Part shown: piece by piece, positions 28,661 through 41,624 of the stretch
Layout: the number at the start of each line of letters is the position of its first letter
Position numbering within the stretch: the stretch's first letter is position 1
NCBI GenBank assembly: GCA_039621445.1
Contig: CP154954.1
Location: forward strand, 12,208,716 to 12,272,715
Direction of reading: 5' to 3'
Origin: Euglena gracilis
Taxonomy: Eukaryota
DNA length: 64,000 nt
Notes under the pieces: model-generated
Told to the model about the DNA's origin: nothing
Seen by the model: only the letters and a program-made list of their open reading frames with translations
The model's database searches: none
Made by a program: the position numbers and the translations under genes

Positions 28661-30121
28661 GTATATGTATATATATCCATATATATGGCAGGTGAGAACT
28701 TTAGGACCCCCCTCCCGGGGGGGGGTCCTAAAGTTCTCACCACAATGGCCACCCCCATTATTGAGGGAGCAGGGTTAGGAGCGCACATGCTAATTTGCGC
28801 TAATTGGCTATGTTGCGCTACATGGCTATGTTGCGCAAACATAGCCATGTAGCGCAACATAGCCAATTAGCGCAACATTGCATGTGCGCACCTAACCCTA
28901 ATCCTTCAATAATGGGGGTGGCCATCGTGGTGAGAACTTTAGGACCCCCCCCCGGGGGGTCCTAAAGTTCTCACCTGCCATACCCGCCCCCCCCCGGGCA
29001 ATTGTCACGCGACAAATCGGGCAGCAAGGAGAGGGGTGACAATTTCCCAGGGTGACAATTTGGCCGGCACAGAGGGGGGTGGCAATTGCCCGGGGGCGTC
29101 AATTGCCCGGGGGCGTCAATTGCCCACCCATGTAGGCCACATGAAATCCAAATGACCAAGAACACCATCTGAAACACCAGTGAACACGCAAAAATGCAGC
29201 TATTGGTTGTGATATTGTGCAGAGCATTTGGTATGTGACATTTCTCAGCACGTTGTGGCGAAATAGAGGATCAATCGAGTCGTGTCGGCGAAAAGAAAAT
29301 TCGCAAACATCTTCTGTGGGGGGGGGGGGGCGACAAATTGGGCAGCACGGAAGGGGGTGACAATTTCCCAGGGTGACAAATTGGCCGGCACAGCCAGGGG
29401 TGACAATTGCCTGGGGGCGTCAATTGCCCGGGGTCGTCAATTGCCCGGGGGGGGGGTATATATAAATATAGATAGTTGGAGACTTTAGTTGGAGGCTGCC
29501 ATATATCCATATATATACATATATGCATGCATGCATGTATGTATGTATGTATGTATGTATGTATGTATGTATGTATGTATGTATGTATGTATGAATGTAT
29601 GAATGTATGTATGTATGTTTGTATGTATGTATGTATGTATGTATGTATGTATGTATGTATGTATGTATGTATGTATGTATGTATGTATGTATGTATGTAT
29701 GTATGTATGTATGTATGTATGTATGTATGTATGTATGTATGTATGTATGTATGTATGTATGTATGTATGTATGTATGTATGTATGTATGGATGCATATGC
29801 ATGCATGCATGCATGCATGCATGCATGCATGTATGTATGTATGTATGTATGTATGTATGTATGTATGTATGTATGTATGTATGTATGTATGTATGTATGT
29901 ACGTACGTACGTACGTACGTACGTACGTACGTACGTACGTACGTACGTATGTATGCATGCATGCATGCATGCATGCATGCATGCATGCATGCATGCATGT
30001 ATGTATGTATGTATGTATGTATGTATGTATGTATGTATGTATGTATGTATGTATGTATGTATGTATGTATGTATGTATGTATGTATGTATGTATCTATAT
30101 GTGTGTGTGTACATGTATACT

Positions 30122-30196
<75 letters not shown>

Positions 30197-30198
30197 TT

Positions 30199-30253
<55 letters not shown>

Positions 30254-33200
30254 TTTGTTTTGTTTGTTTGTTTGTTTGTTTGGTTGTTTGTTGGTTGGTT
30301 CATTCATTCATTCATTCATTCATTCATTCATTCATTCATTCATTCATTCATTCATTCCTTCCTTCCTTCCTTTCTTCCTTCCTTCCTTCCTTCTTTTGTG
30401 CATCTATTTAACAAATTGTTCATTTATGCTTGATTTGTCTATCTATCTATCTATCTATTTACGTATTTGTTTATTTGTTTGTTTTTATTTGTGGCGGAAC
30501 CCAAAGGATGATCCCCGTAAATCACACAAAAAAACACTCCCAGGATGTGACCTTTAAAACCATGGGAAAGAAACAGCGGGGTGGTGCCTGGACAAGGATG
30601 GTGCTTGGACGGGGGGAGGGGGGTCAATGGGGGCCTGACGGCTATCCTTGTAAACCGGCATTAACACCCAGCCCCAACTCCCATGCACTCCAGGGACAAG
30701 GGTGCAGACGCTATCGGCCAGCGGGGGGCATCGGCTTCTCCTGCTGCCTCGCGTCTGAATTCTCTGGTGCATACAGGGTGCGGCCTGGGGTGAATGTGTA
30801 GTGGGGGTAGGTGGGGAGGGGAACAGGGTTTTTTTTGAAGACCGGGGGGGGGGGTCGGCACCCACCCACCCACCCCCTGGGGTGGGCTCCCCAGAGGGGG
30901 GGTCCCAGGGGACCCACCCACTTCGCCCGAAAATGGCCAAAATGCTAAAGATAGCATCCATTTCAAAATTTCGGCGCCTGCGGCGCCGAAAAAAGATATA
31001 CCCACCAGCCCCTGCCCCCCCCCCCCCCGGGGGGAGGGGGTCCAAAAGACCCACCCACCCTACCCCCCCCCCAGGGGAGGGGGTCCAAGACTAAAAAAAA
31101 CCCACTAGAGGGGAAGCAGGCGAAACGGTGGTTGGGTCGGTCTGATTGGGGGATGTCGACTCCGTCGAAAGCAGAGTTTCGAGTTCCATGACAAAAAAAA
31201 GACTCACAGGGTGAGGATTCAGGATTCGGGATTGGTGGATGACAGGAAACAGAAAACATTATATATATAACATATGCATATTATATATAATATAATATAT
31301 AATACAACACAAATAAATTATACATAATACATATATATATAATTTTATTTATAATAATATATTTATTCGTTTTATTTATAATATATATGATATGATATGT
31401 GTGTAAATATTACCCGCCACCCCCCCCCAGGCCATTGCTGCATGACAAATTGGGCAGCACGGAGGGGGGTGACAATTTCCCGGGGTGACAATTTGGCCGG
31501 CACAGAGGGGGGTGACCATTGCCTGAGGGCGTCAATTGCTCGGGGGCGTCAATTGCCCACCCATGTCAGCCACATTTTAAACCAAATGACCAAAAACACC
31601 ATCTGAAACACAAGTGAACACAGGAAAAATGCAGCTACGATCGCGATATTGTGCAGAGTGTTTGGTATGCAAAAATTCCAGCACATTGCAGCGAAATAGA
31701 AGATCAATCGTGTCGCGTTGGCGAAAGGAAAGTTCACAATACAATACTGCAAATGGGGGGTGACAAATTGGGCAGCACGGAGGGGGGTGACAATTTCCCA
31801 GGGTGACAAATTGGCCGGCACAGCCAGGGGTGACAATTGCCCGGGGGCGTCAATTGCCCAGGGGCGTCAATTGGAGGGGGGGGGGGGTATGGAACTTGCA
31901 TGGTTGAGCAATGAGAGCAGAGGAGCATGAGTAAAAGAAGTGAGTTGAGTCGATGGGCCTTTCCCACCCCTGCACATCCCTGTTGTTCGGCCCGGCCCGG
32001 CCCACCCTGGGCGTCTGCGACCGCCGCCGGGAGAACGGCGACTTGCCTGCGCTGCGCTCGCGGCTCGCGGACCGGAATGGGGACGTGGCACGGCGCCACG
32101 CCCCCTTCAGCCGCGCGCCGGTGGACGACGGCGTGGTGGACGTGGCCAGGCAAGGACAGTCATCCCCGGTTTTTGGTCTCCGGTGGGGTCCGGTGGGTTC
32201 CGGTGGGTTGCCTTGGGGGGGGGGGCAGGGTTGTATGGGAATCTCCGAGGGAGGGGGCGGGGGGGACACCCCTTCCGAAACTGGGGGGGGGGGGTGGGAG
32301 ACCCCCCCTCCTAAACCCCCCCAAATAATAAACCCCCTTGGGGTATTATTTTTTTCGCCCGAAGTCCCGGCCCGAGGGGGGGGGTATTATTTGGGGGGGG
32401 GGGGGGTATTATTTTTCCAAAATTTTCGAAATTTTTCGAAGTCCCGTAAAACCCAAAATAGCACCCAAAACCCCCTTTGGGGTCATTTTTTGCACTTTCT
32501 TGTGAAATTTACCATTTTATGGAGGTCAGATGAGCCAGAAAAATTGATTTTTTTCGTAATTTGTTGTCAGAGATTGTGGTTTTTACCGACATTTTCAGGT
32601 CAAAAATCTGGGCCGTCGGCCCGGAACAGGGGGGGGGGTATTATTTCGGCGGCCGAAGTCGGACCCCAAGGGGGGGGGGTATTATTTGGGGGGGGGCATT
32701 ATTTGGGGGGGGGGGGGTTACCTCCAGTTTTCAGTCGCCGAAAATTTCGCTTTTCGGGGTCAAAAGGTCTTTCTTCTGAAATTTCTCAAAAATGGTGGGG
32801 AATCAAAAGAAATGTCCAGTCCCTAAATTGAAGCCCTTAAAATGCCAGATCTAACAGTATTTTGCTTTCCTGGCAACTCCCCACCTGTCCCAATTTATGG
32901 TCATTTTTGACCATTTTGCCAAAATTTCATGTTGAGCCTCAAAAAAAGCCCTAAAATACACTCCCGGCGCGAAGCGCCAAAAATTTTTTTTGCCCCCGCA
33001 GAGGAAGGGGAGGGGGGTGAGGGAGGACCCCCTTCCAAAACTATGGGGGGGGACCCCCTCCCTACCACCTTACCCCCCAAGGGGGGGTGACCCCCCTACC
33101 ACCTACCTCATGTCTGCGGAGCTCCCGATACAACCCAATCCTTTTTGTCCCACATGAGTCACATTTTGGTTCTGTTTTATGGCCCAGCCAGGTGCTCAGG

Positions 33201-36200
33201 ATCTTTTGCCCCGTCGCCACGTGGGATCACCACATGATGTGATGTACTCACCCTGGGGCCGCCGGTTTCATCCACCCCAATGGCCACCAAATATTGGTCA
33301 TCGCGAATCATATCCTGCAACCCGTTTAAACCTGAAGGAAAGGGTCTTTTGAATAATCATAAAAAGGCAACCTGTTGTTGTGCATCCCTCTTTGCAGCAT
33401 GAGACTACGGAGCCATAAATCCAGAAGAAAAATCTGTGCATGGGAAAAAACCTCCGGTGTCCTTGCCTGAACGTGGCAGGGGGCTCCGAGGGGGGCTCAA
33501 AGGCGGGCCGGTGGGGCACAGCCATCCTCCCCCCAGGGAAATTGTTGCCGTGCCAGCCGGAGACCCTGACAGCTAGGCGGGGCCAGTTGCACATACTTGG
33601 AAAGTGGATTTCCTGGACAGATGCCCACCCTCCCCTGCGTGGCGTGACGGGGACAGGGGTGTGTGAATGTGGGCATGTGGATACGCGGAAAATATGCAAC
33701 TGATGCCATAATTGGCGATTTTCCGGACCCCCTCTTGCAAAGTCATTTCGGCCATCTTGGGCCCATTTAAAGGGCCATTTCGGGCCGTTATCGATCATTT
33801 TCCACCATTTTTTGACCATTTTCGAACACTTGGCCATCTTCGGGACATTTGGGGGCCATTTTAGTCAGGACCATTTTTGGGGCCATTTTTTGGCAAAAGC
33901 CATTCATAGGGTCATTTGGGGCTGAAAATTACCCAAAATTGCTATAAAAAAAACGGCTTACAATTGCCCAAAACGACCAAAATTAAAAATCCCAAACGTA
34001 TGGGAATATCTTAAAATAGTCAAAAATAAGCTGAGCTATTCAGGAATGGACAAATTTGCAACTGAAAACCTGTGAAAACCTCAAATTATGCACCAATCAG
34101 ATATATGTGCCCTTTGGTAAAAAAAAAAAATGCACAAAACAAATCCACCAAAACAAAAACACTCTTAGTTCATTATTTGGACACCGACTTTTATTAGACT
34201 GCGGGGTAAATATTTTGTAGATCACAATAAAATTTTCAAAACCAAACAAGAATGCCCATAAAAGCAGATCCCCTTTTCCTTTGCATTTTGGGGCTTTTTG
34301 CTGTCGTTTGGGCAGCCCGGGTTGTTCCTGGAGGGGGCATGTGGGGGGTATGCAAAACAGTGCTACAAATACAGTGCTAACAAGTCTACGCCCTGATACG
34401 TCCCTCCCCCCCACAGACCACCAGCCCGGGCGGGCGGCGGCTGCCAGGCTACGATGCGGGCCACGATGGACTCGTACTTCGCTACGACCTCCTGGAAGCT
34501 GCGGGCAGCCGTTTGGTGGCGTGCACCGCCAGGGAAACCGCTTGACGAGGTGAGCACACCAATCCCACTACCAAAAGCGTCCCATCCCATCCAGAGCAGG
34601 TGGTTTGAAGGGGAATACTCATGGGGGGGGGGATGCAACAATGCCGCTCAAAATGCGCTACGCAAAAAAATGAAAATTAAAAAATTTGAATGCAAGGGAA
34701 AAAAACGGCGACGGTGCAAGTGGCATGTAACTTACCCAATCCCATTGCATTCTGAATGACACATTGTCGTGGACGGAAGGGGTAATTTGGGGACTGTGAG
34801 AAAGCATTTAGAAAGCGACGGGAAAGCAGCGCTCAAGAGTGATGCACAAACAAGGGACAGCAAGGAGTGCAAAATGGCTGTGTGGAGACGTCCAGAAGGT
34901 AGAATTTGGCACCGGGGGTGGTGACGCCGGACTTGATCCCGACTTCGATGGAATACGGCATAGGGGGGAGGGGAGGCCAGATACTCTCAGATACACGCAA
35001 ACGGACATGCCATACATCGCCAGCTGCTGTAATTGTTGAGAGGATGAGTGAGTATGCGTGCAGCTGTGTGAAAGATTCTGTGTGTTTGGACTGTGTCTCT
35101 GCCCAATCTCTCGGCCAGATCCCATCCCAGAAGGTATCCAGACGTGGCAAAGTTTTTCCTTCCCTGCAATTCCCTGATTTTGGGGCTTGTTTCTCAGCCC
35201 CTCTGCCCCATAGGAGGGTTTAGCCGAGCCAACTTGTAACCGTCTGCACCACACAGTCAGCAGTTGAGGACATGAACAAAGGTCCCTGTCCTGTCTCTGC
35301 TCCTGTCTGCTCGTGTGTTACACCTGACGATGCTGCCCTTGAGTCAAAGACCAGAACACAAACCACACACCGACACACCGACCGACAACACACTCCTCAC
35401 AGGCAGAAGCACACTTCCGAGCCCCCCACAGAACAGAGGGACATGGGTGTATAAAAAAAAAAACACCCCCACAGAGGGCTAAGCTGATCACTAAAACCCC
35501 ATGTCATCATTTTCATATGTCCCAAGTCCAGCCACAGAGGTGGACTGTTCTTTGCTTTTGCTGCACAACTGGTGTACCCCCCCCTTGTCCTTGACACGCC
35601 AAAGTACAGGCAAAATGCGGTTGACACAGGGGGTGTGTCATGGACATGCCATGTCATGTGCACTGTACCATAATAAATTGGCATTTTGGGTCGGGAAAAG
35701 TGCGGTTGACACGGGGGGGGGGGAGGGGGTGCCATGGACCAGCCATCTCAAGGACAAGCGGGGGGGGGGTACCTTTCATATTAAAAAAAAACAATTACGA
35801 TGTTGGTCAGGTTTGTTTAGCGGTTCTGGCGCCAGCAGGACCAGAAGCGGGCCACCCCTCGCCTGGACCCGCCAGGCCGGGTCGTTGCCATGCTGCTGGA
35901 GGAGGTCGTCCAGGATGCTGTACAGGCAGGCGTCGTCGTACAGCTCCACGCGGAGGTTCTGCTTCAGCTGCGAGAGGGGAGGGGGGTGTCGATCTCGTCA
36001 GGAAACACCCCAAAAATGACACCCGTGCCTTATTGTTGGATCCGATGCTGGAAACCACCTGGGTGGAGGTCGTTCGTTTTACCCCCAAATAGCAAAGAAG
36101 ACCCATTGCTGGCCCCATTTTTTTCTTGACCGAACCCGCCACAAATTATTTTGGGCCCCCGAAAAAACGCGAGAAAGACAGTTTGCACCATAATCCAATT

Positions 36201-39200
36201 GGGTCAGATTAAGGTATAACACAACACTTTTCTTAAAATCCCAAAAAAAATCAGATTTTTCCTCATTTTCATGTTCATAATTGGGGTTGGGGGAAAATGT
36301 GTAGGCAATTGTTAGGCTATTTGGAGGGGGGGGTTGGATGAGACCTGTTATGTCTGTGAGGATGCGACTATGGAGGTATGAGTTGGTGAGTGAGTGAATG
36401 AGCGAGTGCGCACACTCACCTGTGTGCTTGTGTATGCTTAAGGATCTGTGTGTTTGTGTGATTTTGGAGGTGTATTTAATGCCCACCCTATGGGTCCAGC
36501 TCAGAGGTTGGCTCGCTGGGAAATGGAGAAATAAGTCCCCAGCAGTTAGGGGCCGAAAAACATCGTTTCGGGCAAAAAAATTTTTCGATTTTTTTCGACT
36601 TTTTTGACCTGTTTTGACCCAAAGTCTATGGCCCAAAACGGGGCGCCGGGGGGGTCGAAAAACGCTCATTTTCGGCTCGAAAACAGGTTTTCCAGGTCTG
36701 GGAGGCCAAAAAAAAACATGGTTCCGCAAAAAAAATCGATTTTTCTCAACTTCTTTTGACCCGAAAATGGCCCAAAACGGCTAAGTCAAATTAGGCCAAA
36801 ACTGTACAAAATGGCCAAAATCGGCCGAAAAAAAATTGCCGCAACTCGGGCTGGGCGGGGAGTTGCGAGGAAATGAAAATACTGTTTGATGGGGCATTTT
36901 AAGGGCTTCAATTTAGGTCTCCAGACATTTCCTTTGATTCCCCCTGAACAAGGGTTGAACTGGGTAGGAAACCCCCGGAACTGCAAATAGTCCCCAAATA
37001 TTAAAATTTTCTGCGAAGGTTGTTTGTTTGAAACTGGAAAGCCCATTTCCGACCCATTTCTGTCCACAAGGCACTGGAAGCAGCAGGCAGGAATATTAAT
37101 TTGTCCACGGGGGTGGAGGGAACAGGGCTAAAACCACACACACCACACGCACACACACACACACACATAATCCATTAAATCATAAACCGGGGAGAAAAGG
37201 GTGAACGTGGGGACCAGGCGCAATATGGAACAAAAAAAAATTAACAATCTGTAAAAAAAAATCTTCAAAACAAAACACATTATCGGAGCCATTCCCTAGT
37301 TGCATCAGAGTTTGCAGACCTGAGGCAGGGCAGTTAAGGGACCTGAGGCAGGGCATACCACAGCTTGTGGGGTCTCCACTTGCAAAATGCGGACGAAGGG
37401 GGACGGGATCCGAAACTTGTGCGAGCCCAGCGCAACGACGGAGTCATAATGATTGAGATCAGTGGCAAATATGCTTACATTGAGGTGGACGACGTTATTG
37501 AAAAGCGGTGTTATCATCTTGGCATGCACGAGCAGTTGGGTTCACAAGATTCACGGGAAGCGTTGCAAAAAAAGCAGCTGATTGTGAGGACATGTTTACC
37601 GATGCAAAAATATGTCATCAAAGACAAAATATTTTGCAGTGGACAGCTTGAGGTACATCACATTTTTTTTAAATATAAATAGTTTTCAGTTTAAAAGAAA
37701 ACATATCTTTGCACTGTTGTCCTTTCAGGATTTTTGGTTTCCTGTTCAAAGACTTTTCCTGGTTACTGTTCAAGTTAGTAATTATTATATATTTTTCATG
37801 GAATTATGGAGTAACCCTAAATCCAGCTACCGGAAATATCTGTCCTCCCAACTGGGGGGGGGGGGGTTGACATAGGGTTCTGACCAAAAAGGTGTCCTCC
37901 AAACGAGGGTCGGTTGTTCGACAAGGTCCAAAAAAAAGTCCGCAGACTGGGGGTACGCAGGACCACCCCCAAAAGGTCAATTTTTTCAGCACTTGCCAAA
38001 ACCTTTTGGCGTCTTTGATTTTTCTCCCAAAAAATGCTAAAATTTCATTTTTGGCCAATTTTGGGGGGCAGAATTTTTCAGCTCGGCGCTTTGCGCCACG
38101 CCAAAAAATCCGGCCAAAACATCCGAAAATCCGTTTCTGTCCGGGGTGGTCGTTAGAAGAAGTGCGTCGTTGGACGTAGGGGGGGATACCTTGATAACAA
38201 AAATTTCTAATGCATGGCACACCAGTCCGAACTTTGCTGTGATTCACGAGTTCTCTCTCGCACATGCCAACCGTGAACAAGTGAACTTGGAAGCTCTCAG
38301 CGATTTCCTCGCGCGCCAGCGGAGTTGCCACCGGCTTTGCCCGACGTACGCAATCAGCAGGGCGTTGCCCGCCGGGGGTCCCACGGAGGGGGACGGGTCC
38401 ATGTTGAACGAGCTGTTGTGCATGAACGGGGCCAGCCCCACTGCCAAACCCGCACCAATGACCCCGACACATCAGCCTGGTGGACCCCGAGGGCCAAACC
38501 CTGGAGGGGGCGTATCGAGAATTAGACCTCAAGACGGGACGTCCGGGGCAAGTCTGGGGGTCCCGCCAAGTTCACTCTACACCGAAATTCGGGGGGGAAA
38601 GGTTCTGTACAAAAATTGTATCGCAGACCGTGGTCGATGTGATGCGAGAGGAGGGGATGGTCGTGGCATTCCCTCCCTGGGGCTGCCATGACTCCGCGCA
38701 GGTCAGGGGGGGGGCAACCGTACAGAGATGCACAGAGTAGAGAGTGAACCAAAACCTCTGATGTGCCAGGCTCGGATTGTGAGGCCCTTCATAGAAAAGT
38801 TTAAATTCCCAAAGGGACATCTCTAGCACCGTTTTTTTTTTTGAGCTTCCTGCACTTTTCCATGCTAGGTGTTTTTCTGAGCGGTGGGCTCGTACACGAA
38901 TGGCATGAAGAATGTCTGCCGGAAACAGGATCAGCAGTGAGCAGGGTGTCGCCCTACAGCAAGCCCTTCAGGCAATCAATTATGAGAAACTTGGTCAGCA
39001 AGCTTTCACGTTGTGTCGCATCGCTGTATCCACAGCTGTCACTCTCCACTGTAAAATCACAGGCTTTCCCAAAAAAAATGGTCACCTGACCCCCCCCCTC
39101 GGATTCATTGTCCACAAAGTTTGCCTTCTCAGGCAGTCCCTTCTTTCGAAAAGCGTGAGCAGAAGGTGGCTGGGGGGGGGGTTAAGACAGAAATACCTGG

Positions 39201-41593
39201 GGCTGGGCAGACAAGCACGCCGCTGAAACTCATCGCAGAAGACGATGACCTCCGGCAGGCAGTTTTGGACGAAACCCAGGGAGAATTTTGACACTTGACA
39301 CTCCTGTGAGTGCAGGCCAAGCAATAACTTCCTCTGCCGACCCCCTCCCAGCAACGCATCGGACAAAACACATGAAACGCTGGAGCGAAACTCGACGTAT
39401 CCAGATTCTTTACACGCACATTCTCTACACTCTACACATTCTCTACACATATTCCGCCAGCGTCATCCATCCATCATCCGAGGTAATCCATCCAGACCGT
39501 TCAATAATTCCATCCCACCATAAAACATCAAAATATGGTTTTTCTTGACACTAAAATTTTTCGGCCCTGAACCGGCCATTGGCTGGCCCTGGCTATAGGG
39601 CAGTCCGCAAACTAGACCCCTGAACTGACCACAAAGCTGCCTGGGCTCCGGCAGGCCGCCCCACGCAACCTGCCCCGTCCCGAATTCCTTCACCTGGGGG
39701 CGGAGCCAGGGGGAGGGGGAACTCTGGGTCTGTGGAAAATGCCCTGCCGAGGGAGAGCATACGAGGTTATTCCGTTGGTGGGATGAACTCAGCCTGTCTC
39801 AGCAAACGTTTGCCAGCATCCTAAAGCAGTATGTACACACGAACCATGTTTTTAAAAAAAATGTTTGTCAATAATAAAGTTTGTTAAGTCGTAAAGTTTG
39901 AACATGCAAACACGTGTAAAAAGACAGCACACATCCAAAAATATCTTGAAGAACAACATGCAAAAAGAGATGCAGTATGTGAATCATCCATGCCACGAAC
40001 ACCCGTGCATCAAACATCCTCGGATGGGAATCCACGGAATTTTGGGTTCTACAGGTTGTTATCACCGACCCCGGGTGCAGGTACTCATTGAAGCTGCCGA
40101 AATCCATGATGACTTCCGCTTCGAAGAGGTGTCGATACGATTCTTGGGTCCGCATCCGGTGGAATATCCGTCAAGGCAGTGCCTCCCGGTGGGAAGGGTG
40201 TTGTGGCAGTGATGATAAAAAGGATGGATCACAAAAAGCCTTTCATCAAGCCAGACCAAGGGATTGAAAAAGGCCAAAGAAATGGAAAAAACCTCGTACC
40301 GAGGCAAATCAGATATTAAAAGTTAAAGAGGTGTAATATGTTGATTTAAAAAAAAAAAAAAACCATGACCGAAAAAAATTCAATAATATTTTGAAAAAAA
40401 TGCAAACCTTCAAAAAATCTGACAATGCAAATTTGTTCGCTGGAAAATCCTCACAAACGGGAAAAACATTGCTGAAAACATCCATTATCGCAAATATCTC
40501 CCAGAACTGTTCCCACAAGGGAGGTTCACCCTTTCCCATGCACTAAAAGAAACAGACGTCTTCAAAACCTCATTCCTGTGTGTTTTTCTGGGCTCCGCAC
40601 TTCAGCCCCGCGTGTCCAACGAAGCAACCAGGCGGGGGGTGGGGGCGGGGCAGGCAGCGGTCGCTTCACCTCCAGGGGGCTGATGGCAACATTGGCCTGG
40701 ATCATAGGTCCACTTAAACACCCGCCCAAATATAAAGCCCCCCCGGGCGTTATATTTGGGCGGGATTTCAAAACCCTCGGGGGGGGGGGGGCTTTTAAGG
40801 GGGGAAATCAAACCTTTCCAGGTAGCCTTCAGATGCAGTCAAATGTCAAATTACACACCAAAATTTGGTTGTTCACCTCCTATTTTACCCAAAAAATGTG
40901 TGTGTGTGTGTGTGCAATGTTTGTCTTAAAAATGGAGAAATTCTACTGGAAAACTGTTATATACCCAAAATTTTTCCTGAATGGGCTTTTCATCAAAGCA
41001 GCTTTATATTTGGGTGGCAAAAACAAACCGACTGGGGGATATATACTTGGGAGGGGGCTTTATAATGGGGGGGTGCCAGGGGCGGGCATTTTACCCCTGG
41101 CCCAAACCCACCCACCCTCTCTCGAAAAGGGGGGAGGCAAGTGAATCTCTGGGCTGGATTTCCAGCTGGTGGCTGAGGGCGCCGTAGAGGCAGTTGCCGT
41201 CCCCGGGGATGGGGTAGCGCATCAGCCCGATCATCTGCAGCTGCAGGCCGGGCCGGGTCCGCACGCCCCCCCCCCCCACTGCCGAAATCTGCCAACCTGT
41301 ACCTCCTGTGTGGTGTCACGTGGTGTCCTGTCCTGGTGGTGACCAGGTGACGGGGGAACCAACAAACGGGTCGTGCCAGTCCCCGGGTGTGGGAGAGGCT
41401 ACATTGGTGTCCAAAAACAAATCACAGGGGGGAATACGTGCGGGCACCAAGGCAAGCAAACAATGCATGAATGCATGCACACACCCACAAAAAAACACAA
41501 ACAAGACACACCCCCCCCCCCAACACACACACACACACACACACAACACACCCAACACACACACACACACACACCCAACACACACACAAACAA

Positions 41594-41624
<31 letters not shown>

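Noticed and set aside
38640-39030. Extra OTU exons ([15 protein letters not shown])
   Set aside because: Intron 38428-39208 has an 8-bp terminal stem and an in-phase join that make them unnecessary
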